From Gammaproteobacteria bacterium (GTDB lineage: Bacteria > Pseudomonadota > Gammaproteobacteria > Ga0077536): a stretch of DNA of 64,000 nt. Each line of letters begins with the position of its first letter. The first letter of the stretch is position 1. This document shows, piece by piece, positions 30,381 to 40,142 of this stretch. Below the pieces are notes generated by a model that saw only the letters and a list, made by a program, of their open reading frames with translations, was not told where the DNA came from and ran no database searches. The stretch is from NCBI GenBank assembly GCA_963662545.2, contig CAXXLL010000003.1, positions 96,001 through 160,000 of the forward strand, read 5' to 3'. The position numbers and the translations under genes were made by a program.

Positions 30381-32267
30381 TCACTGCTTCGCGAGAAACG
30401 CGTCAAACATCAGCAAGGTCCACAATAACGCACTGTAATCCCGTCGCCCGGACTGATGCGCTTCGATCAGATGGCGCAGGAAACCCGTCTCAAAATATCC
30501 GGTCCCGTTCAACCTCGGCCCAAGCACGACCTCGCTTATGCGGGGCTTCAGCGGTCCGCGGAACCATTTGGCCAGCGGCACGGCGAAGCCCATCTTGGGT
30601 CGATAAAGCACATCGGCCGGGAGGTGGGGCTCGAGGGCCTTCTTGAAGACCGACTTGCCTTCGCCGCGGTGCAGCTTCATGTGCGGCGGCAGACCCGAGA
30701 TCCACTCGACCAGCTCGTGATCAAGCAGCGGCACACGCACCTCGAGCGCATGAGTCATGCTTGCGCGGTCTACCTTGGTAAGGATGTCGCCCACCAGATA
30801 GGTCTTCAGGTCCAGATACTGGATCAGTGACAGCGGATGGTCGGTCGGCGCACGTGCGGCATGCGCGCGCAACACCTCGCCGGCCTCGTATCCCTGCAGG
30901 TCGGATTTGAATGCTGGACTGAACAGACGGCCGCGCAGTTCGTCGTTGAACAGCGAGATGGTATGGAAATAAGCGGCGACTGAATCGCGCGCCAGGGCCT
31001 GGAATGTCGTCTTAGCGCGAAACACCCGCGGTGCCCAGTCCGCCTTCGGATACAAGCTGCCGAGCGGCCCGAACAGTGCTCGCCTTACCGGTAGGGGCAA
31101 TAGGTCACGGACCCGCTCTTCGGCCATGTGCAGCTTGTAGCGCCGGTAGCCGGCGAGGTTCTCGTCGCCGCCATCACCAGACAATGCGACCGTAACGCGC
31201 TCGCGCGCCAGCTCACAAACGCGGTAGGTCGGTAGCGCTGAACTATCGGCGAATGGTTCGTCGTATAGGTCGATCAGATGGTCTACCAAACCGAAATCGT
31301 CCGGGCTTACTTGCCTCACGTGATGGTTGGTTCGGAAGCGTCGCGCAATATCGGCGGCATAAGCGGATTCATCGAAACCCGGCACGTCGAATGCAATTGA
31401 GCAGGTGTTCACCGGATCGTTCTGCAGGCCTGCCATCATCGCGACGACCGCCGAGGAATCGACGCCGCCCGACAGGAATGCGCCGAGCGGCACTTCGGAG
31501 ACGAGGCGGATATCGACCGCCTCACGGATACGTTCGACCAGTTCGACGCGCGCGTCGGCTTCGTTAATGCCGGCGTCGAGCGCGAAGGGGACGTCCCAGT
31601 AATCGCGGGGCGACGACAGTGTGGCGCCGCGCCGCACGCACAGTACGTGCCCCGGCGACAACTTTGCTACAGATTTGTAAATGGTGCGGGGTTCCGGCAC
31701 GTAGCCGTAGGCAAAGTATTCCTCGACGGCGAGCGGATCGAGCGCCCGCCCCACAGCGGGATCGAGCATGATCGATTTCAGCTCCGAGGCGAACACCAGC
31801 CGCCCGTCCGGAAGTACGGCGTAGAGCAGCGGCTTGATGCCGAGCCGGTCGCGCGCGAGGAACAGGCACTCGCGGTTAGCGTCCCACACGGCGAAGGCGA
31901 ACATGCCGCGCAGGCGGGTGACGCACGCCTCGCCCCATTCGAGCCATGTATGCAGCAACACCTCGGTGTCCGAACGTGTGCGGAAGGCGTGCCCGGCGGC
32001 TTCGAGTTCGGTCCGCAGCTCGCGGTAGTTGTAGATCTCCCCGTTATAGGTCAGCCAGCAACGGCCGTCGTCGGAACTCATCGGCTGTTGACCGGTGGCG
32101 AGGTCGATGATCGACAGCCGGCGGTGGCCAAACCCAACCCCAGGCTCGAGATATAGTCCGCTCTCGTCGGGACCCCGGTGGGTTAGTGCATCGGTCATCC
32201 GCCGCAACAGGCTCTCAGGAACGTCGCTTGTCCCGCGCAGATCCACGATGCCCGCGATGCCACACAT
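30381..32267 (-). CDS. asnB: XrtA/PEP-CTERM system amidotransferase (asparagine synthase family)
   Basis: MCGIAG, HRGPD, RDRLGIKP, LSGGVDSS, SGDGGDE, KVDRASM. Confidence 0.93.
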   Translation of the reverse strand: MCGIAGIVDLRGTSDVPESLLRRMTDALTHRGPDESGLYLEPGVGFGHRRLSIIDLATGQQPMSSDDGRCWLTYNGEIYNYRELRTELEAAGHAFRTRSDTEVLLHTWLEWGEACVTRLRGMFAFAVWDANRECLFLARDRLGIKPLLYAVLPDGRLVFASELKSIMLDPAVGRALDPLAVEEYFAYGYVPEPRTIYKSVAKLSPGHVLCVRRGATLSSPRDYWDVPFALDAGINEADARVELVERIREAVDIRLVSEVPLGAFLSGGVDSSAVVAMMAGLQNDPVNTCSIAFDVPGFDESAYAADIARRFRTNHHVRQVSPDDFGLVDHLIDLYDEPFADSSALPTYRVCELARERVTVALSGDGGDENLAGYRRYKLHMAEERVRDLLPLPVRRALFGPLGSLYPKADWAPRVFRAKTTFQALARDSVAAYFHTISLFNDELRGRLFSPAFKSDLQGYEAGEVLRAHAARAPTDHPLSLIQYLDLKTYLVGDILTKVDRASMTHALEVRVPLLDHELVEWISGLPPHMKLHRGEGKSVFKKALEPHLPADVLYRPKMGFAVPLAKWFRGPLKPRISEVVLGPRLNGTGYFETGFLRHLIEAHQSGRRDYSALLWTLLMFDAFLAKQ

Positions 32268-32463
32268 TTTCGGGGTCTCCGGTTTAACTCTGACAGACTG
32301 TTAGCAGTCTGTCGGACTTAGGATAATAAGGATTCGAACGCCAAATTGGACCGATGGCGAGCTCTTAGGTATTACCGACCATTTCCAGAGAAGTAGTGGT
32401 TAGCCGCCATGTATGTTGCTGGTGATTTCGACAGGGATACTCATCCCCCACCGTTTTCTTCCT

Positions 32464-32826
32464 TTACGCAATAAGACACTCGTAGGGAATCTTTAGGCCT
32501 TCGTGCAATTTCTTGATCATTGCCAGCGTTAGACTTCGCTTTCTGCTCAGCACCTCAGACACACGCCCACTCGTTCCGATATAAGGCTCCAGATCTTTGC
32601 GCGACAAGCCGTTCTGCTCCATCAAAAACTTTATCGCCTCAATAGGATCCGATGCGGGAATTGCATAGTACTCCTCCTCATATTTCTCAACGAGAAGCAT
32701 TAAGATATCCAATTCATCGCCTCTTGGCGTATTGGGTCTTGCACCCCATAGCTCATCAATGCGTATTAACGCACGACTCAGCCCACGGTCATTTTTAATA
32801 GGTTTCAGCTTCATCATAAATCTCAA
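32464..32826 (-). CDS. higA: HigA-type antitoxin (HTH)
   Basis: DPIEAIKFLMEQ...SEVLSRKRSLTL.MI..L. Confidence 0.88.
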   Translation of the reverse strand: MRFMMKLKPIKNDRGLSRALIRIDELWGARPNTPRGDELDILMLLVEKYEEEYYAIPASDPIEAIKFLMEQNGLSRKDLEPYIGTSGRVSEVLSRKRSLTLAMIKKLHEGLKIPYECLIA

Positions 32827-33134
32827 ATATGCTCAATATCCTCGATCTCGTCGTATTGCCTATGCGTTCCGACAAAACGAATGAGCATCCCATGCCGAAC
32901 ATAATCCATAATAACTACAATTCTGTATTTGTTACCGCATATATTAAAAACAACACGATTGTTCTTTAAGATACTTGCATTGGTTAAGTCCGCCTTTAAT
33001 TTGTGCGGCGTACTCCATTTTGCCGTTGCACAATAGTTGTACCATTCCGTCATTCGCTTCTTCGCATCTCTATACTTCGGACTACTTTCCCAAAATTTCC
33101 GCAACCTGGACATTGCGATCACCCTCATTGACAT
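32823..33134 (-). CDS. higB: HigB-type toxin
   Basis: RVVFNICGNKYRI...IRFVGTH..YD; lies upstream of the antitoxin. Confidence 0.88.
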   Translation of the reverse strand: MSMRVIAMSRLRKFWESSPKYRDAKKRMTEWYNYCATAKWSTPHKLKADLTNASILKNNRVVFNICGNKYRIVVIMDYVRHGMLIRFVGTHRQYDEIEDIEHI

Positions 33135-33451
33135 ACCCTAGCATGCTCCCACCATGGGATCTAGCAGGAATATCCCAATTTGGGAGGTTTTACCCTTCAG
33201 ATTGATGACTCGTCGGTATCTGCGGTGTATTCGAATAGGACGCGGATCCCAAACATCGGAGGTCCGATCGAGGCGATAATTTTTGCCTAAGATTCGCCCG
33301 CAAGCGGGCTCCTACGGAATTGCCGCCGAGCGTCATCGGCGCCGGGACGGTAGGAGCCCGCTTGCGGGCGAATCTTCCTACGGCCAACCCATTGCGGCAA
33401 CCTCTCGATCATCTCTAGAATCGTCCTTCATTCCTGACCAGGGACTGGTCA

Positions 33452-33907
33452 ATGGCGAAATATCACGGAAAGAATCTTCGCAAAGGACGGTATTCGGAGC
33501 CCGGACGCCCCTACCTCGTCACCGCCGTCTCGCACGCGCGTCGGCCGGTCTTCAACGACTGGTACGTGGCACGCGCGTTAGTCGTGGAACTGCGGCGTGT
33601 GACCGACGATCAATGCGTCGATACGCTCGCCTGGGTGATCATGCCGGACCACTTTCACTGGCTTGTTGTGCTGCGTGAAGCTGCGCTTGAAGAAGTCGTG
33701 ATGCGGGTTAAATCTCGCAGTGCCATCGCAATCAATCGGCTGCTCGGCTCCCACGGACGAATATGGCAGCGGGGCTTCCACGATCATGCGTTACGGCGCG
33801 AAGAATACATTCAACATGTCACCCGTTATCTCATCGCCAATCCATTGAGGGCGGAGCTCGTGAAACGTTTCGGGGACTATCCGTTGTGGGATGCCGTTTG
33901 GGTCTGA
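33452..33907 (+). CDS. REP-associated tyrosine transposase (RAYT, HUH/Y1)
   Basis: LRKGRYS, MPDHFH (HUH), WQRGFHDHALR, YLIANP. Confidence 0.92.
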   Translation: MAKYHGKNLRKGRYSEPGRPYLVTAVSHARRPVFNDWYVARALVVELRRVTDDQCVDTLAWVIMPDHFHWLVVLREAALEEVVMRVKSRSAIAINRLLGSHGRIWQRGFHDHALRREEYIQHVTRYLIANPLRAELVKRFGDYPLWDAVWV

Positions 33908-34010
33908 AGATCACGGGCGTGAATGATTCGCCCGCCAGCGGGCTCCTACGACGAGGCGATGTGGATCGCGAACGTCGGGGGTTTGATCGAGGTGATTTTC
34001 TCTCGCCTCA

Positions 34011-34054
34011 CGAATAAGGATCGATTGCGCGCCGCTGCAATCGATCCTCATTCG
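34011..34054 (-). other. Hairpin directly after the toxin stop codon (terminator or attC-like site)
   Basis: cgaataaggatcgattgc / gcaatcgatcctcattcg, an 18-bp near-perfect stem. Confidence 0.7.
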
Positions 34055-34351
34055 TTATGTGCGATTCATCCAGCGTCGCGGATGGCGGCTGCCATGCATA
34101 ACGGTAACAATGGTTACGGACTCGCTGGATGCACGGTAAAAGACGCTGAACGGAAATCTTTGTAGCAGCGCGCGTCGCGCGCCACGGTGGATTTCTGGAT
34201 ATGAAGACGGATTTTCGCCAATTCTTGAAAAGGCACTTTGGACTTCATCTACAAATTCGTTTCAAAGGCCAGATTGTTGGGATTCATACCAGCGGGAGGC
34301 CTCTTCGATATCTTTTCGCGCTCGCGGACGAACGCGGACCGAAAAGCTCAT
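34055..34351 (-). pseudogene. RelE/ParE-family toxin with a premature TGA at codon 30
   Basis: Hand translation MSFSVRVRPRARKDIEEASRWYESQQSGL*NEFVDEV...RRALLQRFPFSVFYR...VMHGSRHPRRW; ATGA overlap with the antitoxin. Confidence 0.88.
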
Positions 34352-34557
34352 AGATTTCTACGAATTTGCGCTAATACGACTTCGGCTGGATCCCCAAGGT
34401 CTCCATCCGCCTCGAATTCATCGAGCCGGTCATCTAATTCTGCTTTTTGTGCATCAGTCAGGGGCAACTTTTGTTGGTCGGCCGCGATACTGTCCCAAAG
34501 ATCCTCAACGAGCTTCAGGCGCGCCTCTATGGGTAAATCTTGGATTCTAGTTGCCAT
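34348..34557 (-). CDS. Putative addiction-module antitoxin component
   Basis: LPIEARLKLVEDLWDSI...AQKAELDDRL. Confidence 0.85.
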   Translation of the reverse strand: MATRIQDLPIEARLKLVEDLWDSIAADQQKLPLTDAQKAELDDRLDEFEADGDLGDPAEVVLAQIRRNL

Positions 34558-34840
34558 TACGGCTGGTTCTTCAAAGTCGCCTATTGCCAGTTTAGTCTGA
34601 TTGCTGCTTGCAGCACATAATTCTCCGTTGTGGGATGCCATTTGGGATTGAAGATCATGGACGTGAATGATTCGCCCGCAAGCGGGCTCCTACCATGATC
34701 TTCTTCGACGAGACGAGGCGATGCGGATCACGAACGTCGGCGGTCTGATTGAGGTGATTTTTTTCGCCTGACATTCGCCCGCGAGCGAGCTCCTACGGTT
34801 CCATCTGGCCTCACTCTCCGACCCGCTTCGCTAGGAACGC

Positions 34841-35962
34841 TTAGGTCCGACAAGCCGCCAGCGCCCGGTATTCGGCGTCGTAGGCGCGGATCATGGTCGC
34901 GAGGCTGAAGTGCGACTCGACCCGTTCGCGGCCATGCCGGCCGTGTCGCTGCCGCAGTGCCGCGTCGTCGATGTAGCGTTCGAGCGCGGCGGCCAGCGCC
35001 GCGTCGTCGTCAGGTTCAAGCAAAAGGCCCGATTCGCCGTCGGCAACCAGATCCGGATTCCCGCCCACGGCCGTCGCGATCACCGGCAGGCCGGTCGCCA
35101 TCGCTTCCAGGATGGTGTTCGAAATCCCCTCCGCGAGCGAGGGCAGCACGAAGACGTCCATCGACCTCAAGTCGTCCGCTACCGCATCGGAATCGCCCCG
35201 AAACAGGACATGAGCCGCGCAATCCGCTTCGTTGACGATGCTTCGGCAGTCCTGTTCCAGCGGCCCGCTACCGACCAGTATGAGGCTCACACGCCCGGCG
35301 AGTTCCGGCCGGCGGCGCATCAGGGCTACGAATACACGGCACAGAAACGTTTGATTCTTGACCGCCTTCATCCTGCCGACCGTTCCGACGGTCAGCATCT
35401 CATGTGATCCCTCCGGGCGAGGGTGGAACTTCACGTCGTCGACCCCGTTGTAGATCTGGACGACCTTGCGCCTGGGTATTCGTACGGTATCGACCAGGTA
35501 GCGCTCGAGCTCGCGCGACAACGCGACGAAACGATGCGCGCAGTGACCCAGGATCCTGCGCGCTATCCGGTATTTGCGATTGCTGCCGTCGAGATCATTC
35601 ATGTCCCAGCCGTGCTCGCCGTGCACACGCCCTTTCACGCCGCACATCAACCCGAGTGTCTGCATTTCGAGCGCGGCGAAGTTACGGGTATGCAGCACGT
35701 GTGGACGGGTCTCACGCAGCACGCGCCACATCTGCGCCCAGACACGGGGATCGTTACCCTCGCGCTTGTGCAGAGCCCGAAACTCCACGTTCGTGGCCTG
35801 CACGCGCCGGCAATATGTCCTGTCGTAATCCGTCAGACATACGATTACGTGGCTGTAACTGCGCTCCTCGAGTCGATTGACGAGATTAATGACGCCATTC
35901 TCGAGCCCGCCGATGTCGAAGCGAAACAATACATGCACGATTCGAATGGGGTCCGCTGTCAT
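34841..35962 (-). CDS. PEP-CTERM/XrtA system glycosyltransferase (GT4)
   Basis: GGLENGVINL, HGEHGWD..DLDGSN, LPSLAEGISNTILEAMA. Confidence 0.9.
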   Translation of the reverse strand: MTADPIRIVHVLFRFDIGGLENGVINLVNRLEERSYSHVIVCLTDYDRTYCRRVQATNVEFRALHKREGNDPRVWAQMWRVLRETRPHVLHTRNFAALEMQTLGLMCGVKGRVHGEHGWDMNDLDGSNRKYRIARRILGHCAHRFVALSRELERYLVDTVRIPRRKVVQIYNGVDDVKFHPRPEGSHEMLTVGTVGRMKAVKNQTFLCRVFVALMRRRPELAGRVSLILVGSGPLEQDCRSIVNEADCAAHVLFRGDSDAVADDLRSMDVFVLPSLAEGISNTILEAMATGLPVIATAVGGNPDLVADGESGLLLEPDDDAALAAALERYIDDAALRQRHGRHGRERVESHFSLATMIRAYDAEYRALAACRT

Positions 35963-35973
35963 CAATGTTCCGT

Positions 35974-37124
35974 TCAGCGTGCTTGCTGCATGCGCTCGAG
36001 CGTCAGCACGCCGCTGTTCACGAATCCTTGCAGCACTGCGGCCGGATCGCTGCCGTCCACGAACGCTGTTCGAACCGTCGTAACCGCACCCCCGCCGGGC
36101 CGCCCGGCCATGCGCGCGCGGGCTTCCCCGAATTTTATCCGTAGACGATTCGCCGATCGACTGCCCGGCGTTTCGTACCAATACCAAAGAAGGTATTCGC
36201 CGCTGCCGTCGCCAGCCCGAAGATGAAGCTCCACCACGTCGGTTACCGGCGATGAGTCCGGTAGCTCACGATGCCCGTGCGCGAGCTGTCGCCAGAGCGT
36301 TTCGTCAAAGACCTTGTTGGACTGGTTGACCAGCTCCTGCCCGTCGCCTTGGGAGCGGTAGTAAAACACCTCCAGGATCACGTGTGCACCGTGTTCGGCG
36401 ACGTAGGTCGCGGCGAGCATTTGATCGACGCCGTCGAACCGTGCCCCGAGTGTCGGCGATAAAGGATCCGGCCCGCTCCAACCAGGAGGCGCCCGTGGCA
36501 ATTCGATCGCAGGCGAGATCGGGCGCGCCGAATCAATACTCGCCAGCAGTCCGCGCGGCACCAGCGCCGCGGCGAGCGTCAGCACCATGATCACGCTCGC
36601 TCGGGCGGGCCGCACCTGCCCGGGCAGCTGCGGTACGGAAACGGGCGCTGCCTCTTCGTCACTGAACAGATTACCGAGCGCGAACAGCGCAAAGATGACG
36701 ACACCAAAGAACACCCAACCGTAAATCAGGTGGTCGACGCCCAATGCATAACGGTAGTCACTCAGGTGAGCGATCATCACGATGCCGTAAGCCCGCAAGC
36801 CATTTGCGATCAACGGCACTGCGATGGCGAGCAGCATGAACAGCACTCGCCGCCAGAGACTGCGAAAACGCAGATACATGAACATGGTCGCGACGGCCAA
36901 GGTGGCGATCAGGTAATTGATCCCGCTGCAGGCTTCCGCCACCACGAAGTTTCCGGTCGGAATGCTCAAGTAACGGCCTTCGAGGAACACGGGAATTCCC
37001 GTCGCCCTGAGTGCCGCGACCAGGACGAGCGCGGTCCAATCCTGGAGATAAGGGACCAGGAATTCACCTTCGGGAACGGCGAAGTAGAGGTAGAAAAACG
37101 GAAAAACCAGGATGCGGAATACCT
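35974..37124 (-). pseudogene. xrtA: Exosortase A fused to an EpsI-like domain, 5'-truncated by an IS
   Basis: FP...FAVP.GE.L.P.LQ, VAEACSGINYL, NGLRAYGI, DHLIYGW (Cys/Arg/His retained); frame runs into the IS end at 37125. Confidence 0.88.
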
Positions 37125-37133
37125 GGTAGTGTC

Positions 37134-38021
37134 TCAGTTTGAAATCTGCTTTCTATGGGCTTTTGGTCGGCCCGACTTTGGTGCTCGCGCATCAATCAAG
37201 CCAACAAGCCATTCCATGTCGTGCAACGTGTCGGTGACACCTGCGGCCATAGCAGGCGTCATGCGAAGTGACTTGTGCATCCTCACGAAGTTGTAGTGCA
37301 CGAAGTACAGACTCAACATATGTAGGTGATTCTCCAATTTTTTACTAAAGCCGTTGGTAAGCCGAGTGAATCGGCGCATGCCCATGCGCATCGTCAGGTT
37401 GTGGCGCTCGACATGGGACGTACTGACGTGTCCTCGTTCTGGAGACCCTTCAACAACCCTCGTTCTAGTACCCATGCATTCGGCTGGCGAGTATTTGCGT
37501 TCGTGACCTTGCCGACCGTTCGGAGCGCCGTACAACTTCACTAACTGAGCAAAGTCCACGTCGCCGCCAAACGCACCCTCAACTGCTTCCAGATACGCCT
37601 TGTGCCCGTCCGTGGTGAGTTGCACTCGATTAGCAAGCCGCGCCCGTAAGTCGTCCATGAATTCGATAGCCGTAGCGCTTGAGCGGTCGCCTACCTCGTA
37701 GGACAATATCATCTTGGTATCGCTGTCGATGGCGGTCCATGTCCACACATCGCCCGCACCTTCTGGAGCCGCCTTAGCGGCTCTAACATTCTTATCCTTG
37801 GCGTAGCAGAAAGACCAAATCTCGTCGCACTGGATGCGCTTTGCGGACACGTTGCGCACGGCTTCGTTATGATGCGCGGCGCAAGCCTCACCAGCTTCAA
37901 CCATCAGCTTTGTCACAGTGTTGATCGAAACGCCGACTGTCCTACTGATCGATCGCATGGACATGCCTTCAACCAGCATAGAGAGAATTTGGATACGTTT
38001 GGCAAGAGGCAATTTGTTCAT
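37134..38021 (-). CDS. IS1-family DDE transposase
   Basis: HTH N-terminus; QCDEIWSF, LTTDG..AY, VERHNLTMR...RFTRLTNGFSKK. Confidence 0.88.
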   Translation of the reverse strand: MNKLPLAKRIQILSMLVEGMSMRSISRTVGVSINTVTKLMVEAGEACAAHHNEAVRNVSAKRIQCDEIWSFCYAKDKNVRAAKAAPEGAGDVWTWTAIDSDTKMILSYEVGDRSSATAIEFMDDLRARLANRVQLTTDGHKAYLEAVEGAFGGDVDFAQLVKLYGAPNGRQGHERKYSPAECMGTRTRVVEGSPERGHVSTSHVERHNLTMRMGMRRFTRLTNGFSKKLENHLHMLSLYFVHYNFVRMHKSLRMTPAMAAGVTDTLHDMEWLVGLIDARAPKSGRPKAHRKQISN

Positions 38022-38066
38022 GCCTCTATTATATGAACTTATATCCTTACCGTCAAGCTTCTATGT

Positions 38067-39149
38067 TCATTTAACTACGTACAGGCTGGGTTTTTCCCTG
38101 ACAAGGTACGACCCGTAAATGTCCCAGATATCGCTAACGCTGGTGTTTAGAAGCCCCTCCAAACTCGCCACGTCGTATTGAAGATCGTCTGAATGTAGCC
38201 GGATAAGGCGCGGGAATACCTTTGGCTGCTCGGAGGGGAAATCCGTCTCCTGCGGCTCCCTCGTCCGCCAACCAAGTGCGGATAGTTTCTTCCAAAGGTA
38301 TTCACTTTGGTGGCGCGTCAGAATATCAAGCACCCCCACCCGGTAGAGCAAGAAAGCCATTGATACTTTCCAGTAAGCTTTCTGACGAGCGAGCCATTCG
38401 AGTGTTACGCGTTGTCCAAGAGCCGCTCTGCGAAATTGCCGTTCCGGCACAAGAAGCTCACCGGCAAAGGCGTTCGCCTCGTCCTCAATCGTGTCGGAGG
38501 GAACCGTGTGCATAACGATGTGGCCCAATTCGTGAGCCAATGAGAACCGCATTCTATCTGGCGGCGACTTACGGTTGAGGAAAATGCAGGGCGGAAGATC
38601 ACGAACGCTCATTGTGACGCCATCTACGCCGCTCTCAAGATCGCACCAAACCACCAAAATGCCAGCGCACTCGCAATGCTCAGTGAGACTCTGGATAGGT
38701 CCATCAGGGATGGACCATGCGCGCCTAATTGTCTCAGCAATTTCCTGCGGCCCGCCGCCTTCATCGACATCGATGTGAGGCAATGGAAGCTCTGGATGAA
38801 TATCAGCAGCCCTCAGAAATATTCGTAGATGCATGAGGCGAATGTTTAGCTCTGCATGTATCTGCTTTAGCGCACGCGCGCTGACCTTTTTTTTCTTGCG
38901 GTTAAAGGGATGCACGCTCAATGGAAGACCCGCCAGCCCGTCATCTTGGTAGAAAAAGCCCACCGGGAACTGTAAGGCGGCGGCGATGCATTCAGCGTTA
39001 TCGGGAGATGGGCCTCCAGGGACAAGGCCATTCTCAATTCGTGAATAGTGCCCCTGGTTCAGCCCCGCCTTTAGAGCTACGTCAGTTTGACTTACCCTCC
39101 GAAACTGCCTTGCAAGGCACAGCAGGGCCGGATTGAACGCGCCAGCCAT
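38067..39149 (-). CDS. XRE HTH plus ImmA/IrrE Zn-metallopeptidase
   Basis: N-terminal HTH (SQ...YSRIENG), RFSLAHELGH, EDEANAFAGELL. Confidence 0.9.
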   Translation of the reverse strand: MAGAFNPALLCLARQFRRVSQTDVALKAGLNQGHYSRIENGLVPGGPSPDNAECIAAALQFPVGFFYQDDGLAGLPLSVHPFNRKKKKVSARALKQIHAELNIRLMHLRIFLRAADIHPELPLPHIDVDEGGGPQEIAETIRRAWSIPDGPIQSLTEHCECAGILVVWCDLESGVDGVTMSVRDLPPCIFLNRKSPPDRMRFSLAHELGHIVMHTVPSDTIEDEANAFAGELLVPERQFRRAALGQRVTLEWLARQKAYWKVSMAFLLYRVGVLDILTRHQSEYLWKKLSALGWRTREPQETDFPSEQPKVFPRLIRLHSDDLQYDVASLEGLLNTSVSDIWDIYGSYLVREKPSLYVVK

Positions 39150-39151
39150 AG

Positions 39152-39753
39152 TTATCTACGTTCATCCTCGTCCGGCTTGTCATCGCCCCTCTTTACTGGG
39201 CGCAACACGTGATCTGAGGCGGGAGCTGGCTTTGGCGAAGCCGGAAACTGCTCAACAACCGCACCGCCTGAACGAAACTCCAAAGAACCTTGCGCCCGTC
39301 ACGCGCGACCACGCCGATCCAATCAAGATTCCTTTCCAGCCTGTCGAATACGTGAGCGACCTCGACTCGGTGGCTCCCCTCAAACCCGAACAAGTCTTTG
39401 TCGCTTCTATGGAACAAAAGTGCCGAGAAGGTGGGGTAATTGGACGAAAGTAATTGCAGGCTGACCCTCTTGAAGCGCAGTACAACAATGCCGTCGAAAT
39501 GAAAGGAAAACGTGTCGTTAACCGGAATGATCCTGGCTCCTGGAACGTCACTGAGAGCGTCGACCGCGTTTTGGACCGAGTGCTCCCAAACCAGTGCGCG
39601 GCTTGTGGACTTCCGCCGATACCATGCCCGGTTCGTATATTCGCTCTTGACCGTGGCCCAAGCGTCCTCCACCGCTCTGCGGCAGAGAGTGTCGCGACTA
39701 TGCTTGGCAAGGACTTTGCGCACAACATCTTCGTCAGGAACCGCCATACTCAA
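39152..39753 (-). CDS. Hypothetical passenger gene, probably frameshifted near its 3' end
   Basis: ORF 39193..39753; an alternative frame GAVVEQFP...DEDERR* ends 2 nt before the ImmA start. Confidence 0.55.
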
Positions 39754-39827
39754 GCACCCTTTGGTCGAATTGTGTGTTCAGAATGCCACGTAGGTTTCCG
39801 GAATGCAAGACCTAAATATGCGTGAAA

Positions 39828-40067
39828 TTATGCTTTCGTACGGATCCACCGTTGTTTTGCGGCTTTCTTGGCGATCTCCTTGCGCCGCTCCCCACTTAGC
39901 TTCTTAGCCCGAGCCGCCCCCCCCTTCCGCCCCAACGCTTGGGCGGCCTTGTCCTTGCCGTCCCCGTCCACCTCGTCCCCGATCTCACCAGTGGCGATCT
40001 TAGCAATCTTGACGGCGTTGCCGATGACATCAGCCGGACGTGTCTCGCCCTGCGGTCCTTTCGGCAT
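39828..40067 (-). CDS. Small basic IS-associated protein
   Basis: MPKGPQGETRPADVIGNAV.IAKIATGE...LGRKGG.ARA..L...RR.EIAKKAA..RW. Confidence 0.7.
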   Translation of the reverse strand: MPKGPQGETRPADVIGNAVKIAKIATGEIGDEVDGDGKDKAAQALGRKGGAARAKKLSGERRKEIAKKAAKQRWIRTKA

Positions 40068-40142
40068 GGTGCAACCCTCCTGTACTTAGCGGTTAGCATA
40101 CAGGAATCAGGGGGCGGCGGGATTTCAAACTGAGACACTACC

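Larger units (their letters stand above)
33292..34796. repeat. Five GTAG-type REP sequences (33292-33315, 33350-33373, 33926-33949, 34670-34693, 34773-34796)
   Basis: Consensus GTAGGAGCCCGCTTGCGGGCGAAT with internal palindrome GCCCGC-TT-GCGGGC, flanking a RAYT gene. Confidence 0.92.
37125..40142. mobile_element. IS1-family-like element with passenger genes (3018 bp)
   Basis: Perfect 21-bp inverted repeats GGTAGTGTCTCAGTTTGAAAT; the transposase stop lies within the IR; no target duplication. Confidence 0.88.

Noticed and set aside
34262-34264. Selenocysteine or recoded TGA in the toxin
   Set aside because: The position corresponds to Gly rather than Cys, and TGA is an ordinary stop in many genes here
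39896-40142. C-terminal extension of the 837-aa kinase as a novel domain
   Set aside because: It is read-through into the IS inverted repeat and passenger DNA
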